A DNA stretch of 62,409 nucleotides, filler included, from Candidatus Tectimicrobiota bacterium (GTDB lineage: Bacteria > JACPSX01): NCBI GenBank assembly GCA_016193065.1. It is 7 parts of 7 records of this genome, joined end to end, with 100 filler letters (N's around TTAATTAATTAA, not from the genome) between each part and the next. Parts side by side here need not be neighbours in the genome. Positions count along the whole stretch, not along the records: positions 1 to 6,124 come from JACPSX010000258.1; positions 6,225 to 24,056 come from JACPSX010000259.1; 5 more parts are not named here. One strand, written 5' to 3'. The position numbers and the translations under genes were made by a program. Below, piece after piece: positions 1 to 8,221 of the stretch. The notes beneath the pieces are model-generated. The model ran no database searches and was not told where the DNA came from. It was given only the letters and a program-made list of their open reading frames with translations. The first letter of the stretch is position 1. Every line of letters starts with the position of its first letter.

Positions 1-201
1 CGCCCGCTTCCAGGCATCTTCCCGGTAAGTCCCCTTGAAGGTGGCGGAAGGGTCGGGCTCGGGACGCAGGGCAAAAGGTTTCCACTGGATCTCAAAAGCA
101 TCTCCGGATTTTTCCCTGAGCCTGGCCAGCCGCACCGCGGTGGGGTAGCACCAGGGTCAGAGGTAGTCGGAGATTTCAAGCACCGTGATTTTTTCGCTCA
201 T
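1..201 (-). CDS. DsbA/FrnE-family thiol-disulfide oxidoreductase, probable selenoprotein (UxxC); 3' end runs off the window
   Basis: Manual translation from ATG at 201: MSEKITVLEISDYL-(TGA)-PWCYPTAVRLARLREKSGDAFEIQWKPFALRPEPD... The TGA (159-157) sits at the first Cys position of the SDxxCPWC motif and the frame stays open after it. The W-x-PF-x-L-x-P motif of FrnE-like proteins is present. Confidence 0.8.
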
Positions 202-243
202 GGGAATCTGTCCCCCTCCACTATTGCTATTCTTCATTTAGCC

Positions 244-654
244 TCAAGTCTTCAGGAGACTAAGGGCCCAGCTTCGGAAGCGCTCCAAAAGCTTGGATAG
301 GCGGGTCGTGTCAGCCCGGGTGTAGACATGGCCGCTATACGAGACGAGGTTTTTCTCGTCGATCAACCGGCGCAGATGATTCACGGCCGTCTTACCCTGA
401 CTATCCAGGGCCACTGTCTCCTCGATCAGGTCCACAAGGTCACGGTGATCCTCTCCGCGGGATTTCGTCCCCGCGACCTTGATAGTAATCGCATCGGCGT
501 AAGCGATGGCGGCATGGATGATCAACACGCCGGCCGCGTTCCAGTATTCGAACTCCCGTGCGACCTCCGCCCCCTCGTAAAAGTTTTCCGCTACCCGGAG
601 ATGGTCCCGGCTTCGGTGATGATCCACACGGACTCGCTTAGTCCTTCTGGTCAT
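244..654 (-). CDS. HEPN-like protein, partner of the upstream nucleotidyltransferase
   Basis: 136 aa with a HEPN-like pattern (YWNAAGVLIIHAAIAYADA...GEDH...KNLVSY); overlaps the 3' end of the MNT gene. Confidence 0.6.
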   Translation of the reverse strand: MTRRTKRVRVDHHRSRDHLRVAENFYEGAEVAREFEYWNAAGVLIIHAAIAYADAITIKVAGTKSRGEDHRDLVDLIEETVALDSQGKTAVNHLRRLIDEKNLVSYSGHVYTRADTTRLSKLLERFRSWALSLLKT

Positions 655-1264
655 CCAAGTACTCCGTGAGCCGGCCGCCTACGAATGAGTCAGCCTCACG
701 CAGTAGATTCCGGACCAAGGGGTCTCTCCTGGCGTTGCGACGCCGGAGATCGTTTCGGGTCAGGATAACGGGTGCAAGCCGTGCGCCGTAACGTTGCCAG
801 ATGGTCGGTGCCAGCTCTTGGGCCAGCGTGTGTGCCTTTTCCTTTGCATGTAACGAGGCAACAACCAAGCAGACGTCCAGGTCGCTCCCTGGTGCCTCTT
901 CTCGGCGGGCAACGCTGCCGAAAATTGCGCCCGAGAGCACCACCCCTTGGAACTTCCGGCGGAGCATCTCTTTCAACTGTTCCCTGAATTCTCGCTCGAT
1001 TCGAAGCAGCGGGACAATCCCCTTGGCCATAAGCTCGTGGTCTCGATTGATGGTGAAGAGGTGAGCTCGGCCACCTCGCTGGCGCCGCAAAAGGCCCAGG
1101 GTTTCCAGTCGGGTGAGAGCTTCGATGCAGGCTTGGTGGTTCATGCCGGCTTGCCGGGCAATCTCGCGCCCGGTCAGGCCGTGTGCAGAGTCAAGGAGCA
1201 CCCGGAGGACGGCGACCTGACTTCGCGCTGAGAAGATATGATCAAGCGGACGATGGAGGATCAT
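638..1264 (-). CDS. HTH + minimal nucleotidyltransferase (MNT) protein
   Basis: N-terminal wHTH (LTGREIARQAGM) and the nucleotidyltransferase signature FGSVARREE..SDLDV. Confidence 0.8.
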   Translation of the reverse strand: MILHRPLDHIFSARSQVAVLRVLLDSAHGLTGREIARQAGMNHQACIEALTRLETLGLLRRQRGGRAHLFTINRDHELMAKGIVPLLRIEREFREQLKEMLRRKFQGVVLSGAIFGSVARREEAPGSDLDVCLVVASLHAKEKAHTLAQELAPTIWQRYGARLAPVILTRNDLRRRNARRDPLVRNLLREADSFVGGRLTEYLDDQKD

Positions 1265-1293
1265 TCCCCAACCCCTAGCATTTGAGTGCCTAC

Positions 1294-1324
1294 TTTACCA
1301 GACACTTGTCCGTTTTTCCAGACA
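1294..1324 (-). promoter_or_regulatory. Putative autoregulatory operator upstream of the HTH-MNT gene
   Basis: Direct repeat TTTACCAGACA (1294-1304) / TTTTCCAGACA (1314-1324) with an overlapping GACA-CT-TGTC dyad (1301-1310). Confidence 0.35.
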
Positions 1325-1391
1325 AACATTTGAGGAAATCCCTCTGCCTCCTTTGGGCCTTTCCGGAGAGCTCGGAGATGGCACGAAAAGC

Positions 1392-1419
1392 TTGACTTTG
1401 ATCAGGTTGGAGTTATAGT
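1392..1419 (+). promoter_or_regulatory. sigma70-type promoter
   Basis: TTGACT-N16-TATAGT upstream of the nitroreductase gene. Confidence 0.55.
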
Positions 1420-1528
1420 TCGTGAAACGAAAGTACCCTTTTCAGCTTCCTTCATGACGCGAGTTATAACCGGTCTGAGCGCCGGAGAAAGCGGTCTTCT
1501 CACACGCTTTCCCGCGGAGGAGTCTAGC

Positions 1529-2056
1529 ATGGAAGCGTATCTGGCGATCGTGAGCAAGCGCGAGGTCCGGGACTATTTGCCGGATCCGATTCGCGAGGAG
1601 GAAATGAATCAGATCCTGGAGGCCGGCCGGGCGAGTGGCAGCAGCCGGAACCGGCAGCACTGGCGCTTCATCCTGATGCGCGATCGCAAGCGCCTGCGTG
1701 AGTTGAGCGTTCTGGTGACCCGTCCGGCAAATCTGACGGGGTGTGCGGCCGCGATTGTGGTTGTTCTCACGAATCCGCGCGCCCAGTTTGACGCCGGGCG
1801 GGCCGCGCAGAACATGATGCTGGCCGCCTGGAGCCTCGGGATCGGGTCTTGTCCCAACACGCCGGCCGATGAACCCGGACTGAAAACAGCGCTCCGTGTG
1901 CCAGGGGAGGCGGGCATTCCCACGATCATTTCTCTGGGATATCCAGCCCCGGGTGCTCCGCGCCCCCGACCCCGCGCCAAGCCCGAGGAAGTGCTTGCCC
2001 GCATTGACCGCCTGCCGCTCAAGGACCTGGTGTACAGGGAGGTCTACGGGGGCTAG
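1529..2056 (+). CDS. Nitroreductase family protein
   Basis: I.SKREVRDY, ASGSSRNRQHWRF, DAGRAAQNMMLAAWSLGIGSC motifs; GGAGG RBS before ATG 1529. Confidence 0.88.
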   Translation: MEAYLAIVSKREVRDYLPDPIREEEMNQILEAGRASGSSRNRQHWRFILMRDRKRLRELSVLVTRPANLTGCAAAIVVVLTNPRAQFDAGRAAQNMMLAAWSLGIGSCPNTPADEPGLKTALRVPGEAGIPTIISLGYPAPGAPRPRPRAKPEEVLARIDRLPLKDLVYREVYGG

Positions 2057-2077
2057 CGGGGGACCTCGCGAAGGCGG

Positions 2078-2118
2078 CCCCTCACCCTCCCCTCTCCCCC
2101 TCGCAGGGGGAGAGGGGA
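2078..2118. repeat. REP-like palindrome (CCCCTCACCC..CCCCTCTCCCC..GGGGAGAGGGG family)
   Basis: CCCCTCACCCTCCCCTCTCCCCCTCGCAGGGGGAGAGGGGA; a related inverted copy lies at 58923-58961. Confidence 0.65.
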
Positions 2119-2142
2119 AAAGCGAGAGTAGAGTTTTTCGAA

Positions 2143-3753
2143 ATGTCCGAGGACCCGCAAAAACTCGCGCGGGAGATATCGCGCACCATGCCGCTTATGA
2201 CGGCGGCAGACTTCTGTGATCGCCATGCCCGGGAAATCGGTCACCAGGAGGCTCTAGTGGATCGCTGGCGCCGCCTGAGCTGGTCTCAAGTCAAAGATCT
2301 CTCGGACCGGCTTGCCCTGCGTCTTCTTGCTCTGGGACTTCAGCGGGACGACCGGGTTCTGGTGCAGCTCCCCAACGGAGCGGAACTCTTTCTCGCCCGC
2401 CTGGCCTGCGAGAAGGCGGGGCTTCGCCTGCTTACCGTGACTCCTACATTCCGCCGGGCCGAGCTTGCTCCCATCGTTCAGTTTACGAAACCCGCGGCTG
2501 CTATCATTCCCCGGGAATATCGTGGGTTCAACCATCACGAACTTCTGGAGAGCATTCGCACGCCGGAGCTCAAGCATCTTCTGGTGGCGGGAGAGTATGT
2601 TCCTCCCGGGACTCTGTCTATGGAAGAGATTTTCTCCGCGCCGACGGAGAAGAATGGTGGCGTGGAGAGGCTCCAGAAGACCCGCTATACGGTCCTCGCT
2701 GTCTGCCAGGCGGCGACGACCAGCGGCTCCACGGGAACTCCCAAGTGCGTCGAGGTTCCCCTGTACACCCGCCTCCTCACCGGTTGTATTCATTTGAGAC
2801 GCTTTCGGCTGAATTCAGGGGACACGCTGGCCGCCGTGACCTCCATCGTGAGCGGCTCCGCGGATGCTTTAGCCTACAATGGGGGCTGCCAGTCCGGCGC
2901 GCGCGTCGTCCTCCTGGATCATTTCACTCCGGAGGAAACCTGCGCTGTCCTGGAAAGGGAGCGGGTCAACGCGATTCCGCTCGTGCCCACGATGATGGCC
3001 CGTCTTATGGCCATTCCGAATCTTTCCCGCTACGATCTCCGGTCCCTGCGGGTTGTTGTGAGTCACGGCTCCATCCTCCCTTACGCCCTGGGAGCAGAGT
3101 TCGAAGAACGCATGGGGTGCCGCATCACCCAGGGGTACGGGAGCGTCGATTGCGGGGGCATCTGCGCGAACTCCTGGGACGATCCACCGGAGGTTCGCCT
3201 CGGGACCGTGGGGCGCCCTCTGGACGGGAACGAGGTCAGGATCGTGGACGAAGAGGGGAGAGATGTTTCCCCCGGGGAAGTGGGACGGTTGCTCGTGCAC
3301 GGTCCCCACGCGGATGCTCACTTTTTCAACAATCCCGATCTCAACGCCCGCAGCCGCCGCGAGGGTTACTTCGACCTGCAAGAGCTGGGCCGGCTGGACG
3401 GGATGGGGAATGTGATTCTGATGGGCCGGGAGAAGGACCTGATCATCCGCGGCGGGCAGAACATTTTCCCGTCCGACGTGGAGGGGTTGTTGACCCAACA
3501 CCCGAAGGCTCTGGAGGTGTCCGTCGTCGGCATCCCGGATGAGGAAATGGGGGAACGGGTCTGTGCGGTAGTCGTGTGCCGTGAGGGCCAATCTCTTAGC
3601 CTCGCCGAGGTGAGATCCTTTCTAGAGGAAAAGGGAGCGGCCCGCTTTAAATGGCCGGAACGGATCGTACTCGTCGATTCCCTGCCCAAGGTGGCGGCGG
3701 GCCACAAGATCGACAAGAAAAAACTAAAAGAAGATCTGAGGAGGACCGTATGA
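2143..3753 (+). CDS. AMP-binding acyl/aryl-CoA ligase (class I adenylate-forming enzyme)
   Basis: TTSGSTGTPK, QGYGS, GREKDLIIRGGQNI and the C-terminal catalytic Lys region (LPKVAAGHKIDK). Confidence 0.9.
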   Translation: MSEDPQKLAREISRTMPLMTAADFCDRHAREIGHQEALVDRWRRLSWSQVKDLSDRLALRLLALGLQRDDRVLVQLPNGAELFLARLACEKAGLRLLTVTPTFRRAELAPIVQFTKPAAAIIPREYRGFNHHELLESIRTPELKHLLVAGEYVPPGTLSMEEIFSAPTEKNGGVERLQKTRYTVLAVCQAATTSGSTGTPKCVEVPLYTRLLTGCIHLRRFRLNSGDTLAAVTSIVSGSADALAYNGGCQSGARVVLLDHFTPEETCAVLERERVNAIPLVPTMMARLMAIPNLSRYDLRSLRVVVSHGSILPYALGAEFEERMGCRITQGYGSVDCGGICANSWDDPPEVRLGTVGRPLDGNEVRIVDEEGRDVSPGEVGRLLVHGPHADAHFFNNPDLNARSRREGYFDLQELGRLDGMGNVILMGREKDLIIRGGQNIFPSDVEGLLTQHPKALEVSVVGIPDEEMGERVCAVVVCREGQSLSLAEVRSFLEEKGAARFKWPERIVLVDSLPKVAAGHKIDKKKLKEDLRRTV

Positions 3754-4844
3754 CCCTGCTTCTCAGCAATGAGGACGTGGAAAAAGTTTTGACGATGGAG
3801 GTGTGCCTGGAAGCCCTGGAGACCTTGTACCGTGAGGTTGGAGAGGAGAGAGCGGTAGCCACCCCTAGAATGGATGTGCACTTACCAACCCCTCGATCTG
3901 AAGGAACCGAGGTGCCCATGGCCCATTACCTCAAGACCATGAGCGGTGGCACTCCTTCCTTTGGTGTGGCGGCTCTGAGGCTCACTTCGGACATTGTGGC
4001 CTGGAAGAAAGTCGGAGATCTGATCCGGCGCGAGAAAATTCCTGCCTTGCCCGGCAACCGCTGGCTGGGGCTCGTGCTCCTGTTCAGTTCGGCCAACGGG
4101 GAACTGCTGGCGATCATGAACGATGGGGTCTTGCAGAGAATGCGGGTCGGAGGGACAAACGGTTTGGGGATCAAGTACCTCGCCCGGCGGGATTGCCGCA
4201 GCGCCGGTCTTTTCGGGTCGGGCTGGCAGGCGGGCTCTCAGCTCATGGCCCTGTGCGCCGTCCGCTCCGTGACAACGATCAAGGTGTACAGCCCGACCCG
4301 GGAGCATCGGCAGGCCTTTGCCCAGGAGATGAGCGGCAAGCTCCGGGTGAAAGTGATCCCCGTGGATAGTCCCGAAGAGGCGGCTCGAAATGTGGACCTC
4401 ATCGTTACCGCCACGAACAGCCGACAGCCGTTTCTGAAAGGTCTCTGGCTCAAGCCGGGGATGCATCTAAGCTGCATGCAGCGCGACGAGGCGGAAGACG
4501 ATGCCTACGGGAAGAGCGACGTCCTGGTCATCCACACTCACGCGATGGAACACAACTTCGTCTCCAGAGATCTGGTGGAGCGCCACGGCCGGGACGGCTT
4601 CGAAGTCCGGGATCACCCGATTCCGCGCCGGATCGATTGGAGCCGGCTGCCGACCCTGGGGGACCTGGCGGCAGGCCGCATTCAAGGGCGCACCTCGGAC
4701 GAGCAGATCACGTGCTTCGTGAACAACATCGGCCTGGGGGCCCAGTTCGCCGCCGTCGGAGCCCGGGTGTATGAGCGAGCCCGCGCGCAGGGGCTGGGCC
4801 GGGAGCTGCCCATCGACTGGTTTGTGGAGTCCGTCCACCCTTGA
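3750..4844 (+). CDS. Ornithine cyclodeaminase / mu-crystallin family protein
   Basis: ATGA overlap with the ligase stop; LQRMRVGG, FGSGWQA, DLIVTATNS, GLGAQFAA motifs. Confidence 0.88.
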   Translation: MTLLLSNEDVEKVLTMEVCLEALETLYREVGEERAVATPRMDVHLPTPRSEGTEVPMAHYLKTMSGGTPSFGVAALRLTSDIVAWKKVGDLIRREKIPALPGNRWLGLVLLFSSANGELLAIMNDGVLQRMRVGGTNGLGIKYLARRDCRSAGLFGSGWQAGSQLMALCAVRSVTTIKVYSPTREHRQAFAQEMSGKLRVKVIPVDSPEEAARNVDLIVTATNSRQPFLKGLWLKPGMHLSCMQRDEAEDDAYGKSDVLVIHTHAMEHNFVSRDLVERHGRDGFEVRDHPIPRRIDWSRLPTLGDLAAGRIQGRTSDEQITCFVNNIGLGAQFAAVGARVYERARAQGLGRELPIDWFVESVHP

Positions 4845-4866
4845 GATTCTAAAAAGGGAAGTTCTA

Positions 4867-6042
4867 GTGAAATGGCGCGTTCTGGCTCTGTGCAGTCTGG
4901 CCTTTTCCATCTGCCACGCATACCGTGTCATTCTGTCCGTCCTCCTGCCTGCTCTCAAGGAGGACTTCCAGATGAAGTACGCTTCTCTTTCGGTCCTGGC
5001 TTCGGCCTACGATTTCGGCTATTTCTTGACCCTCGTCCCCGGAGCGTATATGGCGGGGAAGCTGGGCAGAAAGAAAGCGGTCTGGTTCGGAATCTCCCTG
5101 GTTGGTATGAGCAGCCTCCTTTCCGCCGCGACCGGCGGGAGTCCCCTCTGGCTGATGATCTACCGGATGTTGGGGGGGCTGGGTTTCGGCCTTTATTTCC
5201 CCGCGGGTTGGTCCTTGCTGGCATCCTTTTTCCCTCCGGAGGAGCGGGGGCGGGCTTTTGGATTCCACACTTCCGGATCCGCCATCGGGCGCGTCTATGG
5301 CCCTCTTCTGGTCGGAGCTCTCATTGGCGTGGGAAGCTGGAGGTTGCCTTTCTTGAGTTTCGGTCTTTTCGCTTTGGCGGCGGTCTTCTTGCTCATTTGG
5401 GGTTTGCCGGGATTTGATGATACTCAACAGAAAGCCGGGGTTGCTCTTGGTGGAAGTTTTGATTTCTTGTCGGAAAAAATGTTTCTCGTGTTCTGCGGCC
5501 TGAATATTTTGACTTCATTATTTTTTTTCGGCACCGTGAATTTTTTCCCCCTGTTCCTCTCGCGTCAGTTGGGGCTGCCTAACGCGAGCGTTTCCTGGCT
5601 CGTCTCCTTCCTCTCCGTGGTCACCCTTTTCAGCAACCCCCTGGTCGGACACATTTCGGACAAGGCAGGCAGATGTCGTATGATCCCGGCGGCTTACGGC
5701 TTTGGTGGTCTGGCCTTGCTGGCCCTGCCGCTGTTTGGAATCCATGGCCCGATCCTCCTGTACTCGGGACTCCTCGGAATCTCGATTACCGCCAACGTCT
5801 CCATGGTGATCTCATACATGACGGAATTCGACCCCCGATTTGGTCACCCTCTGGCTATCGCCGTTTATAACATGGTGGGGGTGCTCGGCGGCCTGCTGGT
5901 CAATGTTATCCTTGGAGTCGTGGCCGATTCCTTCGGCCTGAACAGCGTCTTTCTCGTGATGGCCCTTCCTCTGTTGGTTGGAAGCGTCGTTGCCGCCCTT
6001 CTCTTGAAGATTCCCCCTCTTTCTCAGCCAGCGATCGAATAA
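4867..6042 (+). CDS. MFS transporter
   Basis: About 12 hydrophobic segments; motif-A-like GYMAGKLGRK and GHISDKAGR; FPPEERGRAFG. Confidence 0.88.
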   Translation: MKWRVLALCSLAFSICHAYRVILSVLLPALKEDFQMKYASLSVLASAYDFGYFLTLVPGAYMAGKLGRKKAVWFGISLVGMSSLLSAATGGSPLWLMIYRMLGGLGFGLYFPAGWSLLASFFPPEERGRAFGFHTSGSAIGRVYGPLLVGALIGVGSWRLPFLSFGLFALAAVFLLIWGLPGFDDTQQKAGVALGGSFDFLSEKMFLVFCGLNILTSLFFFGTVNFFPLFLSRQLGLPNASVSWLVSFLSVVTLFSNPLVGHISDKAGRCRMIPAAYGFGGLALLALPLFGIHGPILLYSGLLGISITANVSMVISYMTEFDPRFGHPLAIAVYNMVGVLGGLLVNVILGVVADSFGLNSVFLVMALPLLVGSVVAALLLKIPPLSQPAIE

Positions 6043-6124
6043 CGGGAATCCGCAGTAAGTTAAATTCGAAAACTGCTTGCCCACCCCCACTTTTGCGACA
6101 GTATAGTGGTGAGGCCGCCCTCCC

Positions 6125-6224
6125 NNNNNNNNNNNNNNNNNNNNNNNNNNNNNNNNNNNNNNNNNNNNTTAATTAATTAANNNNNNNNNNNNNNNNNNNN
6201 NNNNNNNNNNNNNNNNNNNNNNNN
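6125..6224. other. Artificial contig linker
   Basis: N-run, TTAATTAATTAA (stops in all six frames), N-run. Confidence 0.98.
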
Positions 6225-6329
6225 CAGGTCGTACACGTGCAGGACGCCGAACTTGTTCCGCTTGACTGCCTCCTCGAGGTCGCGGGCCGCGGTCTCCACA
6301 TCCTTTGTGGTCTCAACGATGTACAACAT
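6225..6329 (-). CDS. DUF302 family protein, N-terminal 35 aa (cut by contig end)
   Basis: Manual translation MLYIVETTKDVETAARDLEEAVKRNKFGVLHVYDL; GGAGG RBS upstream. Confidence 0.7.
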
Positions 6330-6350
6330 GGATCGTTCCTCCCAACGGTT

Positions 6351-6905
6351 TTATTTCAGGGTCTTCAAGAACGCCACGAGATCCTCCGCATCGTCCGGGC
6401 TCATCTGCCAGCGAGGCATGGTCCAGTCCAGGGGATTGCCGGCCGGATCAATCCCCTCTGTGATGGCTCGCTTGATGAGGGGATCGGTGTAAGGAGGATG
6501 CTCCCGGGTCTTTTCGTCTTCCCGATGTTCCTCCTTGGTGAGCGCCTCATAGCGGATGTCCGAAGGGATTGCGCCGCCCATCATCACCGGCACGCCGCCG
6601 CGCCCCTCCACGCCGTGGCAGGCCACGCAACCGCCCCCGCGCATCCCGATCCACATAGGGCCACCCCGGGCCGGGAGCGGTCCGGTCCTCTCGCTAACCC
6701 CCGTATAGTAAATTCGCTCTCCATTCGAGGCGTACCGCGTCTTTGGATACCACCCAGTGAACCATCTACCCGCCATTCCAGGTCCCATCATGCCGGGGGC
6801 CCAGCCCAGGTCCGGCTCCCACCCGCCGCCAGCGGAAAGGAGGAGGAGCCCGGCGCCGCCAAGGAAGATGAGGACCAGGCCGAAAACCGGATATCGCTTC
6901 CTCAT
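6351..6905 (-). CDS. Membrane-anchored monoheme cytochrome c
   Basis: N-terminal TM segment, Met/Gly-rich linker, CVACHG heme motif, distal Met in MPRWQMS. Confidence 0.85.
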   Translation of the reverse strand: MRKRYPVFGLVLIFLGGAGLLLLSAGGGWEPDLGWAPGMMGPGMAGRWFTGWYPKTRYASNGERIYYTGVSERTGPLPARGGPMWIGMRGGGCVACHGVEGRGGVPVMMGGAIPSDIRYEALTKEEHREDEKTREHPPYTDPLIKRAITEGIDPAGNPLDWTMPRWQMSPDDAEDLVAFLKTLK

Positions 6906-6933
6906 GACACTGTCTCCTTGTGCAGGCGACGGT

Positions 6934-7188
6934 CTACAGCAGGTCTCTCTTCTTTGCCTCGAATTCTTCCTTGCCGATCTCGCCCCGGGCATAGCGCTTC
7001 TTGAGAATATCAAGGGCGGACTCGCTGCCCGCATCCGAAGCACTTCCGCGTCTGCCCTGCTCGACGAACCACTTCACAACCAGGACGATTCCGACAATGA
7101 TCAGCGCCCAGAAGACCAGCATGAAGATCATCCCGAAAGCTCCACCGCTCCAGCCGCCACCCATCCCCCAGCCCCACGGCATCATCAT
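6934..7188 (-). CDS. SHOCT-domain membrane protein
   Basis: Met/Gly/Trp-rich N-terminus, one TM segment, C-terminal SALDILKKRYARGEIGKEEFE. Confidence 0.88.
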   Translation of the reverse strand: MMMPWGWGMGGGWSGGAFGMIFMLVFWALIIVGIVLVVKWFVEQGRRGSASDAGSESALDILKKRYARGEIGKEEFEAKKRDLL

Positions 7189-7251
7189 GATCTCACCCTC
7201 CTCTTCGACAGCTCTTCCGAGTCAAAGAGTATACCATCCCTATCCCCTTGC

Positions 7252-7715
7252 TCACCCCTCGATGAACGCGCGAATCCGCATCTGCTCCACCTCGTCGAGG
7301 GTGAGGATTTTCCCCGGCTTTGTGACCGCAATCTTGACGTCCATTTCCGGGTAAGGGGCAAGGTAGACAAACTCCGGATACCGCCGCACGACTTCGGCGA
7401 GGCGCTCAACCGTCCCGTCCGGGCAGCGAAACTTCACGCAGTTATAGTTGATAATGACCCCGGGGCGGCCACCGCCGTCGGCGTGTTCCAGCATGTGCTT
7501 TTGAATCGCCAGGGGCATGGGGGTCGTGAGGATGTGGCCGGGGGGCACCTCCTCAGTGTGACCAACGATCGAGGTTGGAGGGAGCCGCTTGGTTGTAGCA
7601 ATCGAGTACCCGAGCCATCCCAACCCGGCGGCGCCTCCTTTTGCCGGGCCTTGAGCTGCCGTCGCTCCGTTCGGGAGAGGCCGCCTTTGGCCTCTTCTTG
7701 GATCTGCCGCATCAT
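7252..7715 (-). pseudogene. DUF3105-like His/Cys protein, split by a frameshift near 7625-7635
   Basis: A strong RBS and ATG at 7715 give a basic N-terminus (MMRQIQEEAKGGLSRTERRQLKARQKE). The conserved-looking part (GWLGYSIAT...QKHMLEHADG...VIINYNC...LAPY) is in another frame, and most of the expected TM helix is missing. Confidence 0.5.
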
Positions 7716-7769
7716 TCCCCTCCTCTCCGCAAGGTTCACCAAGGGCCGCCTCTCCAACGACCGGGAGGA

Positions 7770-8189
7770 TTAGTGGAGGGCCCAGCGAAACACTCGTACC
7801 GGGATGCCGGCCACGCCCTTCACGACCAGTTCAAGATTCTTCGGCTTCCGCTCCGGCCAGGCAAACCGAACGGTCGCTTTGCGGTGATGCCCACTCCCCT
7901 CGGCCCCCTCCACTGCCGTCGGCGCCAGCTCGCCGCCCCGCCCATCCCGCAACCGCACGATCTCCTCGAAGTGGTAGCTGTCCAGGTCCACCGAATGCGT
8001 ATCCAGAACCACCAGGAAGGTCGGGTCATCGCCACGCTCCGCGAGGAGCGTGACGTCTACCGTGACCCCACCCCCCCGGACCGACTGCTTTGCGCCGGGG
8101 GGCTCCTCAGCCGCGACCGGGCGCCCCGGCCCCATGAGAACCAGCGCGCCTGTCATCAGGATTCCCAACAGCATCCCTGCGAAGCCCAT
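7770..8189 (-). CDS. Exported hypothetical protein with His motifs (possible metal chaperone)
   Basis: Signal peptide; LDTHSVDL and GSGHHR motifs; GGAGG RBS. Confidence 0.7.
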   Translation of the reverse strand: MGFAGMLLGILMTGALVLMGPGRPVAAEEPPGAKQSVRGGGVTVDVTLLAERGDDPTFLVVLDTHSVDLDSYHFEEIVRLRDGRGGELAPTAVEGAEGSGHHRKATVRFAWPERKPKNLELVVKGVAGIPVRVFRWALH

Positions 8190-8221
8190 TGACGTGCCTC
8201 CTTCGCAATCCCAGATCCGCT

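Noticed and set aside
1455-1500. Resemblance of GACGC..CCGGTCTGAG..GAAAGCGG to a c-di-GMP-I riboswitch
   Set aside because: The first stem with its GGCAAA/GNRA elements is not recognisable; kept only as an unassigned structured leader.
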